From the NCBI GenBank assembly GCA_030637365.1, contig DAOWGR010000023.1:1-36894 (forward strand): 36,894 bases of DNA, in the 5' to 3' direction. A program made the translations under genes and the position numbers. The notes under the pieces are model-generated. The model made no database searches and was not told the origin of the DNA. It saw only the letters and a program-made list of their open reading frames with translations. The stretch's first letter is position 1. Each line of letters starts with the position of its first letter. Shown one piece after another: positions 32,220-36,894 of this stretch. The stretch is from Elusimicrobiota bacterium. GTDB lineage: Bacteria; Elusimicrobiota; Elusimicrobia; Elusimicrobiales; UBA9959.

Positions 32220-34343
32220 CTATTTCACTATCTTGCCGGCATAAATCCATTCGCTTTTTTTCGTTTTGCCTATTATAACCCAAACCTCAAGCCAGATATG
32301 ATTGGTTTTTCGCGGAAGAATGTCATCTGAAATGGATGTGCCAAGACTTAATTTTACATTGTCATTATAACTGATAAATGGAGCCCAAGCTTTTTTTAAT
32401 TTGGTTTTATACAGGTGCCCGCCTCTGTCATAGCTTGAGTAAACCTGCATAAATATTCTTTGAACTGATCCTAATGTTGTCCTAAGGTTATGAACAGCTT
32501 TTGGATCTATGTATTTCCATGCTAAGGTTATTTCATAATAATGTTCGCCTTTTTTAAGCGTTGCCCTGACATTTTCAAGAAGTGTGACTCTTTCCCAAAA
32601 GTTACCCTCGTTAAGTAAATCAAATTTTTTAAAATCAATGCCAGGCAGATTGGCGGGGAAGACCTTTCCGCTCAGAGAGGATGTTTCCTCTTTTTCTTTT
32701 TTTGATTTATCTTCATTAATTTCAGTTGTTTGTTTTTCTTCCGCTTCCAATCTTTTTCGCTTATTTTCAGCAATTTTTTCTTGAAATTGTTTGTCCCATC
32801 TTTCTTTTTGTTGTTTGTCAATTTCAATTTGTTCCGCTTTAAAAATTTTCTCTTGCTCTTTCCAGAGGTTCTTTTTACAATCGGTAAAACGATTTTGGGA
32901 GTTTGGCGGAATCGTTATGCCAAGTTTTTTAAATTCATCAAGGCAGGATAAAATGGAATTCCATTCTCCTGTCCATCGTGACAGTTCATCTGAGCGGAAA
33001 GGCTCCAAAGGTATTTGTCCGGCAAACTCAATTCGTTTGAGGATCTCTCTTTCTTTTTCAATTAGATTAAGCAGACGATCTGTTTCAGCCTTATTCGCTT
33101 TATATTTTCTTGTTTTTTCGTTTCTTTCTCTGCCTTTGGCAAGTCTGCGTTCGCAACCATCAAGAGTGGTAAGATCGCTTGTTGACAGGGAAATTTTTTC
33201 TTCTTTAAACGCGGCGAGGCATTTTTTAAGGGCTTCTTTTTCCTCATTTACTTGAGTTTCAGTTAAATTCATTTCAGCTGCCAAAGCTCTGGCATCTTCC
33301 AATTCACCTTCGCAAACGATATAGCTGTTTTTTACTTTGGTTGAAACGGGATAGCCGATTTTATTGAGTTCGTTAATGCATTTCTCAATTCGTTCATTAA
33401 ATTTATCTTTTCCGCTTTTCTTATTTTTTATTGCCAAATCCAAAGCTTTTAAGCAAGCTTCTTCGGAGGAAAAAGTTGATGGCGGATGAAGGCTTGCGTT
33501 TCTAAACTGAGACAAACAGGTTTGAACATTGCCCCTTTCACCGAGATTTTTTTCAGCTTTTGCGGTTGATCGTCTCGCCCATTGTTTTGTTTCGCGCTTC
33601 TTTTGAGCTTTTTCCGCTTTTTCTTTAGCAAGCCATTTTTCATCTCGTTTTCTAATTCTTTCGCGTTCCTCTTCAGCTGTCGGCTGAAAACTTGAAAGCC
33701 ATTTGGCATGTCTTGCTTTTTTTTCTTTTTCAGTTAGTTTTCGAGGCGCGGTTTTTTTATTTTTGGATGAGGTCTTGTCGGATTTTCCGGTTAAAGTAGA
33801 ATCGCATTTTTCAAAAACCGGTGAAAAAGAATGTCTGGAATATCCTTTATTAAGCAAATTATAACAACAGTTTTGAAAAGCTTTGCTTTGCAGGAGGTTT
33901 CCTCCTCGCTTAACTTTAATGGATCTTTGGCATGCCTCGTAAGATTTTTTTGCCGAAGAATTTATTGAGCCGTATTCGCAAAAGAGCCGCCGAAGACATT
34001 GTTCATGAGAGGCGCTTCCGGAAGATTTTTTATTCGCTTTTTTTTTGTTTAGAATTTTATTGCAATTCCACCTTCCCAATGCTATTTTTTTATGAGAATA
34101 ACCTTGTTTCAAAAGTTTTCGATGGCAATTTTGCCGGTCCTGCGGCAGCGGTTTGCGTTTGCGATACGCTCTAAGAGCGGTTAGGCAATTGGCATAATAT
34201 TCATCGCATTGAATATCCCAATATCCATATTCCACTACCAGAGTTTCTAAACATGTTTTATGTTTAGGAGTGAAAGAGAGGCTTATATCGGGCAATAAAA
34301 CGCAAATCAAACCCATTGTCAGAATAGTTAAATTTTTTTTCAT
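32220..34343 (-). CDS. Large secreted protein: repeated Cys-containing modules, Lys/Glu-rich coiled-coil segments, distinct C-terminal 170-aa domain
   Basis: Signal peptide MKKNLTILTMGLICVLLPDISLSF. Recurrent CL..(L/F)...C...C...L.K.GY...C modules. The start codon abuts the upstream stop (TAA-ATG on the minus strand at 34346-34341). No family recognised. Confidence 0.75.
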   Translation of the reverse strand: MKKNLTILTMGLICVLLPDISLSFTPKHKTCLETLVVEYGYWDIQCDEYYANCLTALRAYRKRKPLPQDRQNCHRKLLKQGYSHKKIALGRWNCNKILNKKKANKKSSGSASHEQCLRRLFCEYGSINSSAKKSYEACQRSIKVKRGGNLLQSKAFQNCCYNLLNKGYSRHSFSPVFEKCDSTLTGKSDKTSSKNKKTAPRKLTEKEKKARHAKWLSSFQPTAEEERERIRKRDEKWLAKEKAEKAQKKRETKQWARRSTAKAEKNLGERGNVQTCLSQFRNASLHPPSTFSSEEACLKALDLAIKNKKSGKDKFNERIEKCINELNKIGYPVSTKVKNSYIVCEGELEDARALAAEMNLTETQVNEEKEALKKCLAAFKEEKISLSTSDLTTLDGCERRLAKGRERNEKTRKYKANKAETDRLLNLIEKEREILKRIEFAGQIPLEPFRSDELSRWTGEWNSILSCLDEFKKLGITIPPNSQNRFTDCKKNLWKEQEKIFKAEQIEIDKQQKERWDKQFQEKIAENKRKRLEAEEKQTTEINEDKSKKEKEETSSLSGKVFPANLPGIDFKKFDLLNEGNFWERVTLLENVRATLKKGEHYYEITLAWKYIDPKAVHNLRTTLGSVQRIFMQVYSSYDRGGHLYKTKLKKAWAPFISYNDNVKLSLGTSISDDILPRKTNHIWLEVWVIIGKTKKSEWIYAGKIVK

Positions 34344-36674
34344 TTATTTGCTTTCGTTTAAAATAACATATTGAGTGAAAGTGTCTTGAGCCAGTCTGTT
34401 ATATTTATTGATGGCGGCTTTATCGGCGATATGTTCTTTTTGAGAGGCATAATAAACGGAAAGCAGAGAATATGTCCGGCCGAGATAAAAATGAGCCAGA
34501 GCCAAATCGGGGTTTTTTGCCGCAGCGCCGCTTATGATTTCAGCCGCTTTGAGAAGGCCTTTTTCATTATAGCGTTTAACCATCAGATTCACGATTCCCG
34601 AGTATGACCGTTTATAATATTCCGCCAATTTTTTGCCTTTTTTCAAAGCATAAGAGTCAAAATTCTCTTTGCTCGGCCGTTCTCCTGATAAATCAAAAGT
34701 CTTTAAATCCGATACCGCTCGCGCTTGAAGTGAAAAAGATTCGCCCACGGCGCTAAGAGTCGCCTTGAAACCGAGGTTCATGGCCTTTCTTTGGGAGAGA
34801 TATCCTTGGAGCAGTGAAAGATAAGGATTGTTTGAATCAAAAGTTTTATTGTCTTCAAGTTTATTTGACCATTTATCATAGGTGGAATTTTTAGCCGCGC
34901 TTTTTTTTGTGAGATAAGCAAAAATTTCAGAGAAAGTCCTTTCGCTCATAATTGATTTGGCGAAAGGTTTTAATTCGGAGTTTTCCGGTATTTTATCGTA
35001 AGTGTTTTTAATCCGATCGGACATTTCTCTAAGTTCTTTTGGAAATTTAAGATGGCGCTGTTCGGCCGCCGCCCTTTCAATCAATTGCCCCGCGTATTCT
35101 TTAGCCAGCAGAGTATTTTCATCCGCGCCGGCTTTATTAAGATGATTAAGAGCGTTTTGAGCAAGATCCGGTTTTACGGTTATTAAACTCAAATAAAAAA
35201 TGCCGAGCGCTCTTTCACCGAGTTCGGGTGAAAGTCTCAATACCTCCTTATATTCGGCAAACGCGCTGTTTAAAAGTTCGTTTACGGTTGATAAATCTAT
35301 TTTTTCTTTTTTATTTTTTGGGGAGTATGTCCATTTTGGAAAGCTCAAGCCCGTGCCTATAAAATGTTCGTTTGCTTCAGTTATTTGATTCCGGAGAACA
35401 TTCAGGGCGAGCAGGCGATAAATATTTCCAAGTTTAAGATGATAATGGGGATTTTCTTTATCCGTTTCAACGGCTTTTTCAAAAGTGGAAATAATTTCCT
35501 CTGAAATTGGCAAGATATTGAAATGGCGGCTTGTTTGAATCAATTGCCGATATTCGGCGAACATAAGCGAACGGCTTTTTTTGATGTTTTTTTCAACTAT
35601 GCGGCCGGCTTTCCACGAGGCTTTTCCTTCGGGAATATTTTCAGGCAAAGGAAGCGCGGCAAACTTTAAAGAATCCTCAACCGCTTTTTTAAGGGCGCCG
35701 GCATTTTCCCAATCAAAATCCGCGGGCAATTCCAATTCTTTCGGCTTTTGCCCGGTTGAGGTTACAAAGCGCTGTCTGTCTCTAATAGCGGGAGAAGTTT
35801 TTTTTGCTTCTTCAACGCTTTCCATATATTTAAGGGCTTTAATAAATTGTGGCGGATGGGTGACGCTTTGTATTTTTTCTTGAGCCTTGCGATAAGATGT
35901 CAGAGCTTCATCCAGACGCTTATAAAACATTTCCAAAAGCATGGCGTTTCCAAGCCGATATAAATCGGCCCCGCTTTGAGCGGCGCCAAGTTCAGTGATT
36001 TTTTTGCGGATATTTGAAAGTTTGATATTAATATAAAATTTTTGGGCGAGCGGAGAATTTAAGATTCTATTGAAATTTTCTTTTTTTAGCGTTTGATTAT
36101 TTTGAGATAATTCTGTTTTTTTTGGAGCATCGGCAGTCTTTTCAGCCGGAGAAGACGGAATGAACAGAGCTTTTTGATATTCTTTGAAATTATCTTTGGA
36201 TAAACGGATTATGGGGGGCAAAAATAAGCCGTCATTGGTTGTTATGTCCCTCAATGTTAAAGCCGCCTGCCGATATAATATGGGAGGCAGCATGGTTGTT
36301 TCCACGGTGACGATATTTTCGGCGAATTGGCTGTCTATGCTGTACATGCCGCCGGAGATATATTGTGATATCCTGTCTGAAAGCCCGATTCTCATGTCTG
36401 CGGGTTTGTAAAGTTTTTTGCGGATATCGGAATAAATATTGAGAGCTTGTTTGAATTGTTTTTTATAAAGCTTTTTTTTGGCGCCGCTCTTTTTTATTTT
36501 AAGTCCTTCATTGTAAAACTTATTTGCTTCCGCCAGTTTTTGTTTAAAATCCGCTGTGTCTATAAGTCTTTTCTCAGAGCCTTTTCCTTGAGCTTGGATG
36601 GAATTTGCGGCTGAGAAAGCAAATACGGCAATTAGCGTCAATGAAAACAATTTTTTTAATTTGTAAATATTCAT
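34344..36674 (-). CDS. Large secreted TPR-like/all-helical protein
   Basis: Signal peptide LFSLTLIAVFAFSAANSIQA. Several TPR-like helices (AFAEYKEVLRLSPE, LALAHFYLGRTYSLL, ALTSYRKAQEK). ATG is preceded by a G8 run (GGGGGGGG). No specific family recognised. Confidence 0.75.
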   Translation of the reverse strand: MNIYKLKKLFSLTLIAVFAFSAANSIQAQGKGSEKRLIDTADFKQKLAEANKFYNEGLKIKKSGAKKKLYKKQFKQALNIYSDIRKKLYKPADMRIGLSDRISQYISGGMYSIDSQFAENIVTVETTMLPPILYRQAALTLRDITTNDGLFLPPIIRLSKDNFKEYQKALFIPSSPAEKTADAPKKTELSQNNQTLKKENFNRILNSPLAQKFYINIKLSNIRKKITELGAAQSGADLYRLGNAMLLEMFYKRLDEALTSYRKAQEKIQSVTHPPQFIKALKYMESVEEAKKTSPAIRDRQRFVTSTGQKPKELELPADFDWENAGALKKAVEDSLKFAALPLPENIPEGKASWKAGRIVEKNIKKSRSLMFAEYRQLIQTSRHFNILPISEEIISTFEKAVETDKENPHYHLKLGNIYRLLALNVLRNQITEANEHFIGTGLSFPKWTYSPKNKKEKIDLSTVNELLNSAFAEYKEVLRLSPELGERALGIFYLSLITVKPDLAQNALNHLNKAGADENTLLAKEYAGQLIERAAAEQRHLKFPKELREMSDRIKNTYDKIPENSELKPFAKSIMSERTFSEIFAYLTKKSAAKNSTYDKWSNKLEDNKTFDSNNPYLSLLQGYLSQRKAMNLGFKATLSAVGESFSLQARAVSDLKTFDLSGERPSKENFDSYALKKGKKLAEYYKRSYSGIVNLMVKRYNEKGLLKAAEIISGAAAKNPDLALAHFYLGRTYSLLSVYYASQKEHIADKAAINKYNRLAQDTFTQYVILNESK

Positions 36675-36795
36675 ACCCCCCCCCTAACTTTGTTCTTAAG
36701 CGCGTTATAGAAGCATATTATACTTATTTAGCTAAATAATCGGCGGAGAACACTGCTTATTATATTTTATTTACAAATGTGTTGTAACACAAAGG

Positions 36796-36894
36796 TTGAA
36801 AATTTTGGATTGTATTATGATGGCGCCGGCGATAGTATATGGAATAATGCGTTCATATACGGGAATGTTTTTTAAGAATAGTTATGAGTATAAA
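36796..36894 (+). CDS. Paralogue of 31364-32056, 3' end cut by window edge (start TTG 36796 or ATG 36817)
   Basis: ...DCIMMAPAIVYGIMRSYTGMFFKNSYEYK compares with ...ACIAVALAIVYGIILSYPGMFFKYSYEYK. Nucleotide similarity is high over the last 85 or so nt of the window. Confidence 0.6.
   Translation, partial: MKILDCIMMAPAIVYGIMRSYTGMFFKNSYEYK

Noticed and set aside
32584-33255. Several plus-strand ORFs (32584-32784, 32730-32951, 32791-33255) opposite the 707-aa gene.
   Set aside because: These are Phe/Ser/Leu-rich antisense readings of the Lys/Glu-rich (AAA/GAA) coiled-coil region. This is an expected low-complexity artefact.

Overview
Low-GC, lysine-rich bacterial chromosome segment. It is probably from an uncultivated diderm, because a TonB-dependent receptor is present. 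I saw no rRNA, CRISPR array, transposase, integrase or phage genes.

The left two thirds is mostly housekeeping:
- murI (partial), an orphan hicA, a small lipoprotein, a ComB-like phosphatase, queC-queE and a small Lys-rich ORF.
- A tandem triplet of Sec-signal-bearing, two-HKD phospholipase-D-superfamily paralogues.
- hpt-ftsH-cdaA and a 32-codon stub of cdaR.
- A YejABEF-type peptide ABC importer with a duplicated binding protein and a split ATPase.

The right third looks accessory:
- A Cys-rich membrane protein.
- A minus-strand signalling cluster: CheY-like receiver, TonB-dependent receptor, YfiR/DUF4154, HAMP histidine kinase.
- A nucleoside phosphorylase, tRNA-Ser(UGA), a receiver protein with a C-terminal CxxC...CxxC module, and glpQ.
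- A translationally abutting minus-strand pair encoding large secreted proteins (776-aa TPR-like; 707-aa Cys-repeat/coiled-coil). This pair is bracketed by paralogous small membrane-protein genes.

Strongest sequence-level signals:
1. An approximately 80-nt highly structured palindromic element is inserted in the same codon phase inside two unrelated genes. This resembles Rickettsia palindromic elements. A shorter relative lies upstream of hicA.
2. At two loci, an approximately 140-bp duplicate of the promoter and first 35 or so codons of a gene brackets an inserted gene or cluster that begins with a receiver gene. A 19-nt duplicate of the tRNA-Ser 3' end and a flanking paralogue pair around the secreted-protein cassette fit the same theme.
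3. The PLD triplet is mosaic and all three copies look catalytically intact.

All functional calls come from reading the translated motifs. No database search was possible.
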